Of a DNA stretch of 64,000 nt, positions 12,640 to 28,300 are shown piece after piece. Numbering within the stretch: the stretch's first letter is position 1; every line of letters starts with the position of its first letter. Origin of the DNA: Eledone cirrhosa (lineage: Eukaryota); contig OZ024743.1 in NCBI GenBank assembly GCA_964016885.1, positions 129,022,001-129,086,000 of the forward strand. Reading direction: 5' to 3'. The position numbers and the translations under genes are program-made. The notes beneath the pieces are model-generated. The model was not told the origin of the DNA. It was given only the letters and a program-made list of their open reading frames with translations, and made no database searches.

Positions 12640-15600
12640 AGCACCAAGCACCAAGCATCAAACACCAAGCACCAAACACCAAACACCAAGCACCAAGCAC
12701 CAAGCATCAAACACCAAGCATATAACACCAAACACCAAGCACCAAGCACCCAGCACCAAACACCAAGCACCAAGCACCAAGCAAAAAGCACCAAACACCA
12801 AGCACCAAACACCAAACACCAAGCACCAAACACCAAACACCAAGCACCAAGCACCAAACACCTAACACCAAGCACCAAACACCAAGCACCAAACACCAAC
12901 CACCAAACACCAAGCACCAAACACCTAACACCAAGCACCAAGCACCAAGTACCAAGCACCAAACACCAAGCACCAAACACCAAGCACCAAACACCAAACA
13001 CCAAACACCAAGCACCAAACACCAAACACCAAGCACCAGACCCCAAGCACCAAACACCTAACAACAAGCACCAAACACCAACCACCAAACACCAAGCACC
13101 AAGCACCAAGCACCAAGTACAAACACCAAGCACCAAGCACCAAACACCAAGCACCAAGCATCAAACACCAAACACCAAACACCAAGCACCAAGCACCAAG
13201 CATCAAACACCAAGCATATAACACCAAACACCAAGCACCAAGCACCAAACACCAAGAACCAAGCACCAAGCACCAAGTACGAACACCAATCACCAAGCAC
13301 CAAACACCAAACACCAAGCACCAAACACCAAGCACCAATCACCAAGCACCAAACACCAAGCAGCCAGCAGAGAGCACCAAACACCAAACACCAAGCACCA
13401 AGCACCAAAAACCAGACACCAAGCACCAAGCACCAAACACCAAGCACCAAACACCAACCACCCAGCACCAAGCACCAAACACCAAGCACCAAGCACCAAA
13501 CACCAAGCACCTAGCACCAAACACCAAGCACCAAACACCAAGTACAAACACCAAGCACCAAACACCAAACACCAAGCACCAAACACCAAGCACCAATCAC
13601 CAAGCACCAAACACCAAGCAGCCAGCAACAAGCACCAAACACCAAGCACCAAGCACCAAAAACCAGACACCAAGCACCAAGCACCAAACACCTAACACCA
13701 AGCACCAAGCACCAACCACCAAACACCAAGCACCAAGCACCAAACACCTAGCACCAAACACCAAGCACCAAGCACCAAACACCAAGCACCAAGCACCAAA
13801 CACCAAGCACCAAGCACCAAGCATCAAACACCAAGCACCAAACACCAAACACCAAGCACCAAGCACCAAGCACCAAGCACCAAACACCTAACACCAAGCA
13901 CCAAACACCAACCACCAAACACCAAGCACCAAGGACCAAGCACCAAGCACCAAGCACCAAGCACCAAACACCAAGCACCAAGCACCAAGCACCCAGCACC
14001 AAACACCAAGCACCAAGCACCAAGCAAAAAGCACCAAACACCAAGCACCAAACACCAAACACCAAGCACCAAACACCAAACACCAAGCACCAAGCACCAA
14101 ACACCTAACACCAAGCACCAAACACCAAGCACCAAACACCAACCACCAAACACCAAGCACCAAGCACCAAGCACCAAGCACCAAACACCAAGCACCAAAC
14201 ACCAAGCACCAAACACCTAACACCAAGCACCAAGCACCAAGTACCAAGCACCAAACACCAAGCACCAAACACCAAACACCAAACACCAAACACCAAGCAC
14301 CAAGCACCAAACACCTAACACCAAGCACCAAACACCAACCACCAAACACCAAGCACCAAGGACCAAGCACCAAGCACCAAGCACCAAGCACCAAACACCA
14401 AGCACCAAGCACCAAGCACCAAGTACAAACACCAAGCACCAAGCACCAAACACCAAGCACCAAGCATCAAACACCAAACACCAAACACCAGGCACCAAGC
14501 ACCAAGCATCAAACACCAAGCATATAACATCAAACACCAAGCACCAAGCACCAAACACCAAGAACCAAGCACCAAGCACCAAGTACGAACACCAATCACC
14601 AAGCACCAAACACCAAACACCAAGCACCAAACACCAAGCACCAATCACCAAGCACCAAACACCAAGCTGCCAGCAGCAAGCACCAAACACCAAACACCAA
14701 GCACCAAGCACCAAAAACCAGACACCAAGCACCAAGCACCAAACACCAAGCACCAAACACCAACCACCCAGCACCAAGCACCAAACACCAAGCACCAAGC
14801 ACCAAACACCAAGCACCCAGCACCAAACACCAAGCACCCAGCACCAAACACCAAGCACCAAACACCAACCACCCAGCACCAAGCACCAAACACCAAGCAC
14901 CAAGCACCAAACACAAAACACCAAGCACCAAGCACCAAGCACCAAACACCAAGCACCAAGCACCAAGCACCAAACACAAAACACCAAGCACCAAGCACCA
15001 AGCATCAAACACCAAGCAGCAAACACCAAACACCAAGCACCAAGCACCAAACACAATGCACCCAGCACCAAACACCAAGGACCAAGCACCAAGCACCAAG
15101 CACCAAAAACCAAACACGAAACACGAAACACCAAGCACCAAGCACCAAACACCAAACTCCAAGCACCAAGCACCAAACACCAAACACCAAGCACCAGGCA
15201 CCAAACACCAAGCACCAAGCACCAAACACCAAGCACCAAGCACCAAACACCAAACACCAAGCACCAAGCACCAAGCACCAAACAGCAAACACCAAACACC
15301 AAGCACCAAACACCAAACACCAAGCACCAGACACCAAGCACCAAACACCAAACACCAAACACCAAGCACCAAACACCAAACACCAAGCACCAGACACCAA
15401 GCACCAAACACCAAACACCAAACACCAAGCACCAAGCACCAAACACCAAGCACCAAAAACCAAACACCAAGCACCAGACACCAAGCACCAAACACCAAAC
15501 ACCAAGCACCAAAGACCAAACACCAAACAGCAAACACCAAACACCATACAGCAAACACTAAACACCAAAAAGCAGACACCAAACAGCAAACACCAAACAC

Positions 15601-18600
15601 GAAACACCAAACACCAAACAGCAAACACCAAACACCAAGCACCAAACACCAAGGACCAAGCACCAAACACCTAACACCAAGCACCAAGCACCAAGCACCA
15701 AACACCAAGCACCAAACACCAAACATCAAGCACCAAGCACCAAGTACCAAACACCAAGAACCAAGAACCAAACACCAAGCACCAAGCACCAAGTACAAAC
15801 ACCAAGTACCAAGCACCAAGCACCAAACACCAAGAACCAAGCTCCAAACACAAAACACCAAGCACCAAGCACCAAGCATCAAACACCAAGCAGCAAACAC
15901 CAAACACCAAGCACCAAGCACCAAACACAAAGCACCCAGCACCAAACACCAAGGACCAAGCACCAAGCACCAAAAACCAAACACCAAACACAAAACACAA
16001 AGCACCAAGCACCAAACACCAAATTCCAAGCACCAAACACCAAACACCAAGCACCAAGCACCAGGCACCAAACACCAAGCACCAAGCACCAAACACCAAG
16101 CACCAAGCACCAAACACCAAACGCCAAACACCAAACACCAAGAACCAAGAACCAAACACCAATCACCAAGCACCAAGTACAAACACCAAGCACCAAGCTC
16201 CAAGCACCAAACACCAAGCACCAAGCACCAAGCGCAAAACACCAAGCACCAAGCACCAAGCATCAAACACCAACCACCAAACACCAAGCACCAAGGACCA
16301 AGCACCAAGCACCAAGCACCAAGCACCAAACACCAAGCACCAAGCACCAAGCACCAAGTACAAACACCAAGCACCAAGCACCAAACACCAAGCACCAAGC
16401 ATCAAACACCAAACACCAAACACCAAGCACCAAGCACCAAGCATCAAACACCAAGCATATAACACCAAACACCAAGCACCAAGCACCAAACACCAAGAAC
16501 CAAGCACCAAGCACCAAGTACGAACACCAATCACCAAGCACCAAACACCAAACACCAAGCACCAAACACCAAGCACCAATCACCAAGCACCAAACACCAA
16601 GCAGCCAGCAGCAAGCACCAAACACCAAACACCAAGCACCAAGCACCAAAAACCAGACACCAAGCACCAAGCACCAAACACCTAACACCAAGCACCAAGC
16701 ACCAAGTACCAAGCACCAAACACCAAGCACCAAACACCAAACAGCAAGCACCAAACAGCAAACACCAAGCACCAAGCACCAAACATCTAACACCAAGCAC
16801 CAAGCACCAACCACCAAACACCAAGCACCAAGCACCAAGCACCAAGCACCAAACACCAAGCACCAAACACCAAGCACCAAACACCAAGCACCAAACACCA
16901 AGCACCAAGCACCAAACACCAAGCACCAAGCACCAAGCATCAAACACCAAACACCAAGCACCAAACACCAAGCACCAATCACCATGCATCAAACACCAAG
17001 CAGCCAGCAGCAAGCACCAAACACCAAACACCAAGCACCAAGCACCAAAAACCAAACACCAAGCACCAAGCACCAAACGCCAAGCACCAAGCACCAAACA
17101 CCAAGCACCAAGCACCAAGCACCAAACACCAAGCACCAAAGACCAAGCACCAAGCACCAAACACCAAGCACCCAGCACCAAACACCAAGCACCCAGCACC
17201 AAACACCAAGCACCAAACACCAACCACCCAGCACCAAGCACCAAACACCAAGCACCAAGCACCAAACACCAAGCACCCAGCACCAAACACCAAGCACCCA
17301 GCACCAAACACCAAGCACCAAACACCAACCACCCAGCACCAAGCACCAAACACCAAGCACCAAGCACCAAACACAAAACACCAAGCACCAAGCACCAAGC
17401 ACCAAACACCAAGCACCAAGCACCAAGCACCAAACACAAAACACCAAGCACCAAGCACCAAGCATCAAACACCAAGCAGCAAACACCAAACACCAAGCAC
17501 CAAGCACCAAGCACCACGCACCAAACACAATGCACCCAGCACCAAACACCAAGGACCAAGCACCAAGCACCAAGCACCAAACACGAAACACGAAACACCA
17601 AGCACCAAGCACCAAACACCAAACTCCAAGCACCAAGCACCAAACACCAAACACCAAGCACCAGGCACCAAACACCAAGCACCAAGCACCAAACACCAAG
17701 CACCAAGCACCAAACACCAAACACCAAGCACCAAGCACCAAGCACCAAACACCAAACACCAAACACCAAGCACCAAACACCAAACACCAAGCACCAGACA
17801 CCAAGCACCAAACACCAAACACCAAACACCAAGCACCAAACACCAAACACCAAGCACCAGACACCAAGCACCAAACACCAAACACCAAACACCAAGCACC
17901 AAGCACCAAACACCAAGCACCAAAAACCAAACACCAAGCACCAGACACCAAGCACCAAACACCAAACACCAAGCACCAAAGACCAAACACGAAACAGCAA
18001 ACACCAAACACCATAGAGCAAACACTAAACACCAAAAAGCAGACACCAAACAGCAAACACCAAACACGAAACACCAAACACCAAACAGCAAACACCAAAC
18101 ACCAAGCACCAAACACCAAGGACCAAGCACCAAACACCTAACACCAAGCACCAAGCACCAAGCACCAAACACCAAGCACCAAACACCAAACATCAAGCAC
18201 CAAGCACCAAGTACCAAACACCAAGAACCAAGAACCAAACACCAAGCACCAAGCACCAAGTACAAACACCAAGTACCAAGCACCAAGCACCAAACACCAA
18301 GAACCAAGCTCCAAACACAAAACACCAAGCACCAAGCACCAAGCATCAAACACCAAGCAGCAAACACCAATCACCAAACACCAAACACAAAACACAAAGC
18401 ACCAAGCACCAAACACCAAATTCCAAGCACCAAACACCAAACACCAAGCACCAAGCACCAGGCACCAAACACCAAGCACCAAGCACCAAACACCAAGCAC
18501 CAAGCACCAAACACCAAACGCCAAACACCAAACACCAAGAACCAAGAACCAAACACCAATCACCAAGCACCAAGTACAAACACCAAGCACCAAGCTCCAA

Positions 18601-21600
18601 GCACCAAACACCAAGCACCAAGCACCAAGCGCAAAACACCAAGCACCAAGGACCAAGCACCAAGCACCAAGCACCAAGCACCAAACACCAAGCACCAAGC
18701 ACCAAGCACCAAGTACAAACACCAAGCACCAAGCACCAAACACCAAGCACCAAGCATCAAACACCAAACACCAAACACCAAGCACCAAGCACCAAGCATC
18801 AAACACCAAGCATATAACACCAAACACCAAGCACCAAGCACCAAACACCAAGAACCAAGCACCAAGCACCAAGTACGAACACCAATCACCAAGCACCAAA
18901 CACCAAACACCAAGCACCAAACACCAAGCACCAATCACCAAGCACCAAACACCAAGCAGCCAGCAGCAAGCACCAAACACCAAACACCAAGCACCAAGCA
19001 CCAAAAACCAGACACCAAGCACCAAGCACCAAACACCTAACACCAAGCACCAAGCACCAAGTACCAAGCACCAAACACCAAGCACCAAACACCAAACAGC
19101 AAGCACCAAACAGCAAACACCAAGCACCAAGCACCAAACACCTAACACCAAGCACCAAGCACCAACCACCAAACACCAAGCACCAAGCACCAAGCACCAA
19201 GCACCAAACACCAAGCACCAAACACCAAGCACCAAACACCAAGCACCAAACACCAAGCACCAAGCACCAAACACCAAGCACCAAGCACCAAGCATCAAAC
19301 ACCAAACACCAAGCACCAAACACCAAGCACCAATCACCATGCATCAAACACCAAGCAGCCAGCAGCAAGCACCAAACACCAAACACCAAGCACCAAGCAC
19401 CAAAAACCAAACACCAAGCACCAAGCACCAAACGCCAAGCACCAAGCACCAAACACCAAGCACCAAGCACCAAGCACCAAACACCAAGCACCAAAGACCA
19501 AGCACCAAGCACCAAACACCAAGCACCCAGCACCAAACACCAAGCACCCATCACCAAACACCAAGCACCAAACACCAACCACCCAGCACCAAGCACCAAA
19601 CACCAAGCACCAAGCACCAAACACCAAGCACCCAGCACCAAACACCAAGCACCCAGCACCAAACACCAAGCACCAAACACCAACCACCCAGCACCAAGCA
19701 CCAAACACCAAGCACCAAGCACCAAACACAAAACACCAAGCACCAAGCACCAAGCACCAAACACCAAGCACCAAGCACCAAACACGAAACACGAAACACC
19801 AAGCACCAAGCACCAAACACCAAACTCCAAGCACCAAGCACCAAACACCAAACACCAAGCACCAGGCACCAAACACCAAGCACCAAGCACCAAACACCAA
19901 GCACCAAGCACCAAACACCAAACACCAAGCACCAAGCACCAAGCACCAAACACCAAACACCAAACACCAAGCACCAAACACCAAACACCAAGCACCAGAC
20001 ACCAAGCACCAAACACCAAACACCAAACACCAAGCACCAAACACCAAACACCAAGCACCAGACACCAAGCACCAAACACCAAACACCAAACACCAAGCAC
20101 CAAGCACCAAACACCAAGCACCAAAAACCAAACACCAAGCACCAGACACCAAGCACCAAACACCAAACACCAAGCACCAAAGACCAAACACGAAACAGCA
20201 AACACCAAACACCATAGAGCAAACACTAAACACCAAAAAGCAGACACCAAACAGCAAACACCAAACACGAAACACCAAACACCAAACAGCAAACACCAAA
20301 CACCAAGCACCAAACACCAAGGACCAAGCACCAAACACCTAACACCAAGCACCAAGCACCAAGCACCAAACACCAAGCACCAAACACCAAACATCAAGCA
20401 CCAAGCACCAAGTACCAAACACCAAGAACCAAGAACCAAACACCAAGCACCAAGCACCAAGTACAAACACCAAGTACCAAGCACCAAGCACCAAACACCA
20501 AGAACCAAGCTCCAAACACAAAACACCAAGCACCAAGCACCAAGCATCAAACACCAAGCAGCAAACACCAATCACCAAACACCAAACACAAAACACAAAG
20601 CACCAAGCACCAAACACCAAATTCCAAGCACCAAACACCAAACACCAAGCACCAAGCACCAGGCACCAAACACCAAGCACCAAGCACCAAACACCAAGCA
20701 CCAAGCACCAAACACCAAACGCCAAACACCAAACACCAAGAACCAAGAACCAAACACCAATCACCAAGCACCAAGTACAAACACCAAGCACCAAGCTCCA
20801 AGCACCAAACACCAAGCACCAAGCACCAAGCGCAAAACACCAAGCACCAAGGACCAAGCACCAAGCACCAAGCACCAAGCACCAAACACCAAGCACCAAG
20901 CACCAAGCACCAAGTACAAACACCAAGCACCAAGCACCAAACACCAAGCACCAAGCATCAAACACCAAACACCAAACACCAAGCACCAAGCACCAAGCAT
21001 CAAACACCAAGCATATAACACCAAACACCAAGCACCAAGCACCAAACACCAAGAACCAAGCACCAAGCACCAAGTACGAACACCAATCACCAAGCACCAA
21101 ACACCAAACACCAAGCACCAAACACCAAGCACCAATCACCAAGCACCAAACACCAAGCAGCCAGCAGCAAGCACCAAACACCAAACACCAAGCACCAAGC
21201 ACCAAAAACCAGACACCAAGCACCAAGCACCAAACACCTAACACCAAGCACCAAGCACCAAGTACCAAGCACCAAACACCAAGCACCAAACACCAAACAG
21301 CAAGCACCAAACAGCAAACACCAAGCACCAAGCACCAAACACCTAACACCAAGCACCAAGCACCAACCACCAAACACCAAGCACCAAGCACCAAGCACCA
21401 AGCACCAAACACCAAGCACCAAACACCAAGCACCAAACACCAAGCACCAAACACCAAGCACCAAGCACCAAACACCAAGCACCAAGCACCAAGCATCAAA
21501 CACCAAACACCAAGCACCAAACACCAAGCACCAATCACCATGCATCAAACACCAAGCAGCCAGCAGCAAGCACCAAACACCAAACACCAAGCACCAAGCA

Positions 21601-22325
21601 CCAAAAACCAAACACCAAGCACCAAGCACCAAACGCCAAGCACCAAGCACCAAACACCAAGCACCAAGCACCAAGCACCAAACACCAAGCACCAAAGACC
21701 AAGCACCAAGCACCAAACACCAAGCACCCAGCACCAAACACCAAGCACCCAGCACCAAACACCAAGCACCAAACACCAACCACCCAGCACCAAGCACCAA
21801 ACACCAAGCACCAAGCACCAAACACCAAGCACCCAGCACCAAACACCAAGCACCCAGCACCAAACACCAAGCACCAAACACCAACCACCCAGCACCAAGC
21901 ACCAAACACCAAGCACCAAGCACCAAACACAAAACACCAAGCACCAAGCACCAAGCACCAAACACCAAGCACCAAGCACCAAGCACCAAACACAAAACAC
22001 CAAGCACCAAGCACCAAGCATCAAACACCAAGCAGCAAACACCAAACACCAAGCACCAAGCACCAAGCACCAAGCACCAAACACAATGCACCCAGCACCA
22101 AACACCAAGGACCAAGCACCAAGCACCAAGCACCAAACACGAAACACGAAACACCAAGCACCAAGCACCAAACACCAAACTCCAAGCACCAAGCACCAAA
22201 CACCAAACACCAAGCACCAGGCACCAAACACCAAGCACCAAGCACCAAACACCAAGCACCAAGCACCAAACACCAAACACCAAGCACCAAGCACCAAGCA
22301 CCAAACACCAAACACCAAACACCAA
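12640..22325. repeat. ~9.7-kb super-repeat, copy 1 (contains nested ~2.2-2.4-kb units)
   Basis: A constant +9741 offset links ORFs 13290/23031, 14596/24337, 15056/24797, 16531/26272 and 17465/27206. Private markers CAGAGAG (~13368/~23109), CCCCAAG (~13041/~22733) and CATATAA-CATCAAA (14521/24262) mark this pair. Confidence 0.85.
16260..22320. repeat. Tandem ~2.2-2.4-kb higher-order repeats (first cluster, ~2.6 copies)
   Basis: The marker CACCAAT-CACCATG-CATCAAA (ATGCAT) lies at 16984, 19339 and 21540, spacings 2355 and 2201. The identical 400-aa ORFs 18138..19340 and 20339..21541 support this. Confidence 0.9.
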
Positions 22326-25300
22326 GCACCAAGCACCAAGCATCAAACACCAAGCACCAAACACCAAACACCAAGCACCAAGCACCAAGCATCAAACACC
22401 AAGCATATAACACCAAACACCAAGCACCAAGCACCCAGCACCAAACACCAAGCACCAAGCACCAAGCAAAAAGCACCAAACACCAAGCACCAAACACCAA
22501 ACACCAAGCACCAAACACCAAACACCAAGCACCAAGCACCAAACACCTAACACCAAGCACCAAACACCAAGCACCAAACACCAACCACCAAACACCAAGC
22601 ACCAAACACCTAACACCAAGCACCAAGCACCAAGTACCAAGCACCAAACACCAAGCACCAAACACCAAGCACCAAACACCAAACACCAAACACCAAGCAC
22701 CAAACACCAAACACCAAACACCAAGCACCAGACCCCAAGCACCAAACACCTAACAACAAGCACCAAACACCAAACACCAAACACCAAGCACCAAGGACCA
22801 AGCACCAAGCACCAAGCACCAAGCACCAAACACCAAGCACCAAGCACCAAGCACCAAGTACAAACACCAAGCACCAAGCACCAAACACCAAGCACCAAGC
22901 ATCAAACACCAAACACCAAACACCAAGCACCAAGCACCAAGCATCAAACACCAAGCATATAACACCAAACACCAAGCACCAAGCACCAAACACCAAGAAC
23001 CAAGCACCAAGCACCAAGTACGAACACCAATCACCAAGCACCAAACACCAAACACCAAGCACCAAACACCAAGCACCAATCACCAAGCACCAAACACCAA
23101 GCAGCCAGCAGAGAGCACCAAACACCAAACACCAAGCACCAAGCACCAAAAACCAGACACCAAGCACCAAGCACCAAACACCAAGCACCAAACACCAACC
23201 ACCCAGCACCAAGCACCAAACACCAAGCACCAAGCACCAAACACCAAGCACCTAGCACCAAACACCAAGCACCAAACACCAAGTACAAACACCAAGCACC
23301 AAACACCAAACACCAAGCACCAAACACCAAGCACCAATCACCAAGCACCAAACACCAAGCAGCCAGCAACAAGCACCAAACACCAAGCACCAAGCACCAA
23401 AAACCAGACACCAAGCACCAAGCACCAAACACCTAACACCAAGCACCAAGCACCAACCACCAAACACCAAGCACCAAGCACCAAACACCTAGCACCAAAC
23501 ACCAAGCACCAAGCACCAAACACCAAGCACCAAGCACCAAACACCAAGCACCAAGCACCAAGCATCAAACACCAAGCACCAAACACCAAACACCAAGCAC
23601 CAAGCACCAAGCACCAAGCACCAAACACCTAACACCAAGCACCAAACACCAACCACCAAACACCAAGCACCAAGGACCAAGCACCAAGCACCAAGCACCA
23701 AGCACCAAACACCAAGCACCAAGCACCAAGCACCCAGCACCAAACACCAAGCACCAAGCACCAAGCAAAAAGCACCAAACACCAAGCACCAAACACCAAA
23801 CACCAAGCACCAAACACCAAACACCAAGCACCAAGCACCAAACACCTAACACCAAGCACCAAACACCAAGCACCAAACACCAACCACCAAACACCAAGCA
23901 CCAAGCACCAAGCACCAAGCACCAAACACCAAGCACCAAACACCAAGCACCAAACACCTAACACCAAGCACCAAGCACCAAGTACCAAGCACCAAACACC
24001 AAGCACCAAACACCAAACACCAAACACCAAACACCAAGCACCAAGCACCAAACACCTAACACCAAGCACCAAACACCAACCACCAAACACCAAGCACCAA
24101 GGACCAAGCACCAAGCACCAAGCACCAAGCACCAAACACCAAGCACCAAGCACCAAGCACCAAGTACAAACACCAAGCACCAAGCACCAAACACCAAGCA
24201 CCAAGCATCAAACACCAAACACCAAACACCAGGCACCAAGCACCAAGCATCAAACACCAAGCATATAACATCAAACACCAAGCACCAAGCACCAAACACC
24301 AAGAACCAAGCACCAAGCACCAAGTACGAACACCAATCACCAAGCACCAAACACCAAACACCAAGCACCAAACACCAAGCACCAATCACCAAGCACCAAA
24401 CACCAAGCAGCCAGCAGCAAGCACCAAACACCAAACACCAAGCACCAAGCACCAAAAACCAGACACCAAGCACCAAGCACCAAACACCAAGCACCAAACA
24501 CCAACCACCCAGCACCAAGCACCAAACACCAAGCACCAAGCACCAAACACCAAGCACCCAGCACCAAACACCAAGCACCCAGCACCAAACACCAAGCACC
24601 AAACACCAACCACCCAGCACCAAGCACCAAACACCAAGCACCAAGCACCAAACACAAAACACCAAGCACCAAGCACCAAGCACCAAACACCAAGCACCAA
24701 GCACCAAGCACCAAACACAAAACACCAAGCACCAAGCACCAAGCATCAAACACCAAGCAGCAAACACCAAACACCAAGCACCAAGCACCAAACACAATGC
24801 ACCCAGCACCAAACACCAAGGACCAAGCACCAAGCACCAAGCACCAAAAACCAAACACGAAACACGAAACACCAAGCACCAAGCACCAAACACCAAACTC
24901 CAAGCACCAAGCACCAAACACCAAACACCAAGCACCAGGCACCAAACACCAAGCACCAAGCACCAAACACCAAGCACCAAGCACCAAACACCAAACACCA
25001 AGCACCAAGCACCAAGCACCAAACAGCAAACACCAAACACCAAGCACCAAACACCAAACACCAAGCACCAGACACCAAGCACCAAACACCAAACACCAAA
25101 CACCAAGCACCAAACACCAAACACCAAGCACCAGACACCAAGCACCAAACACCAAACACCAAACACCAAGCACCAAGCACCAAACACCAAGCACCAAAAA
25201 CCAAACACCAAGCACCAGACACCAAGCACCAAACACCAAACACCAAGCACCAAAGACCAAACACGAAACAGCAAACACCAAACACCATAGAGCAAACACT

Positions 25301-28300
25301 AAACACCAAAAAGCAGACACCAAACAGCAAACACCAAACACGAAACACCAAACACCAAACAGCAAACACCAAACACCAAGCACCAAACACCAAGGACCAA
25401 GCACCAAACACCTAACACCAAGCACCAAGCACCAAGCACCAAACACCAAGCACCAAACACCAAACATCAAGCACCAAGCACCAAGTACCAAACACCAAGA
25501 ACCAAGAACCAAACACCAAGCACCAAGCACCAAGTACAAACACCAAGTACCAAGCACCAAGCACCAAACACCAAGAACCAAGCTCCAAACACAAAACACC
25601 AAGCACCAAGCACCAAGCATCAAACACCAAGCAGCAAACACCAAACACCAAGCACCAAGCACCAAACACAAAGCACCCAGCACCAAACACCAAGGACCAA
25701 GCACCAAGCACCAAAAACCAAACACCAAACACAAAACACAAAGCACCAAGCACCAAACACCAAATTCCAAGCACCAAACACCAAACACCAAGCACCAAGC
25801 ACCAGGCACCAAACACCAAGCACCAAGCACCAAACACCAAGCACCAAGCACCAAACACCAAACGCCAAACACCAAACACCAAGAACCAAGAACCAAACAC
25901 CAATCACCAAGCACCAAGTACAAACACCAAGCACCAAGCTCCAAGCACCAAACACCAAGCACCAAGCACCAAGCGCAAAACACCAAGCACCAAGCACCAA
26001 GCATCAAACACCAACCACCAACCACCAAGCACCAAGGACCAAGCACCAAGCACCAAGCACCAAGCACCAAACACCAAGCACCAAGCACCAAGCACCAAGT
26101 ACAAACACCAAGCACCAAGCACCAAACACCAAGCACCAAGCATCAAACACCAAACACCAAACACCAAGCACCAAGCACCAAGCATCAAACACCAAGCATA
26201 TAACACCAAACACCAAGCACCAAGCACCAAACACCAAGAACCAAGCACCAAGCACCAAGTACGAACACCAATCACCAAGCACCAAACACCAAACACCAAG
26301 CACCAAACACCAAGCACCAATCACCAAGCACCAAACACCAAGCAGCCAGCAGCAAGCACCAAACACCAAACACCAAGCACCAAGCACCAAAAACCAGACA
26401 CCAAGCACCAAGCACCAAACACCTAACACCAAGCACCAAGCACCAAGTACCAAGCACCAAACACCAAGCACCAAACACCAAACAGCAAGCACCAAACAGC
26501 AAACACCAAGCACCAAGCACCAAACACCTAACACCAAGCACCAAGCACCAACCACCAAACACCAAGCACCAAGCACCAAGCACCAAGCACCAAACACCAA
26601 GCACCAAACACCAAGCACCAAACACCAAGCACCAAACACCAAGCACCAAGCACCAAACACCAAGCACCAAGCACCAAGCATCAAACACCAAACACCAAGC
26701 ACCAAACACCAAGCACCAATCACCATGCATCAAACACCAAGCAGCCAGCAGCAAGCACCAAACACCAAACACCAAGCACCAAGCACCAAAAACCAAACAC
26801 CAAGCACCAAGCACCAAACGCCAAGCACCAAGCACCAAACACCAAGCACCAAGCACCAAGCACCAAACACCAAGCACCAAAGACCAAGCACCAAGCACCA
26901 AACACCAAGCACCCAGCACCAAACACCAAGCACCCAGCACCAAACACCAAGCACCAAACACCAACCACCCAGCACCAAGCACCAAACACCAAGCACCAAG
27001 CACCAAACACCAAGCACCCAGCACCAAACACCAAGCACCCAGCACCAAACACCAAGCACCAAACACCAACCACCCAGCACCAAGCACCAAACACCAAGCA
27101 CCAAGCACCAAACACAAAACACCAAGCACCAAGCACCAAGCACCAAACACCAAGCACCAAGCACCAAGCACCAAACACAAAACACCAAGCACCAAGCACC
27201 AAGCATCAAACACCAAGCAGCAAACACCAAACACCAAGCACCAAGCACCAAGCACCAAGCACCAAACACAATGCACCCAGCACCAAACACCAAGGACCAA
27301 GCACCAAGCACCAAGCACCAAACACGAAACACGAAACACCAAGCACCAAGCACCAAACACCAAACTCCAAGCACCAAGCACCAAACACCAAACACCAAGC
27401 ACCAGGCACCAAACACCAAGCACCAAGCACCAAACACCAAGCACCAAGCACCAAACACCAAACACCAAGCACCAAGCACCAAGCACCAAACACCAAACAC
27501 CAAACACCAAGCACCAAACACCAAACACCAAGCACCAGACACCAAGCACCAAACACCAAACACCAAACACCAAGCACCAAACACCAAACACCAAGCACCA
27601 GACACCAAGCACCAAACACCAAACACCAAACACCAAGCACCAAGCACCAAACACCAAGCACCAAAAACCAAACACCAAGCACCAGACACCAAGCACCAAA
27701 CACCAAACACCAAGCACCAAAGACCAAACACGAAACAGCAAACACCAAACACCATAGAGCAAACACTAAACACCAAAAAGCAGACACCAAACAGCAAACA
27801 CCAAACACGAAACACCAAACACCAAACAGCAAACACCAAACACCAAGCACCAAACACCAAGGACCAAGCACCAAACACCTAACACCAAGCACCAAGCACC
27901 AAGCACCAAACACCAAGCACCAAACACCAAACATCAAGCACCAAGCACCAAGTACCAAACACCAAGAACCAAGAACCAAACACCAAGCACCAAGCACCAA
28001 GTACAAACACCAAGTACCAAGCACCAAGCACCAAACACCAAGAACCAAGCTCCAAACACAAAACACCAAGCACCAAGCACCAAGCATCAAACACCAAGCA
28101 GCAAACACCAATCACCAAACACCAAACACAAAACACAAAGCACCAAGCACCAAACACCAAATTCCAAGCACCAAACACCAAACACCAAGCACCAAGCACC
28201 AGGCACCAAACACCAAGCACCAAGCACCAAACACCAAGCACCAAGCACCAAACACCAAACGCCAAACACCAAACACCAAGAACCAAGAACCAAACACCAA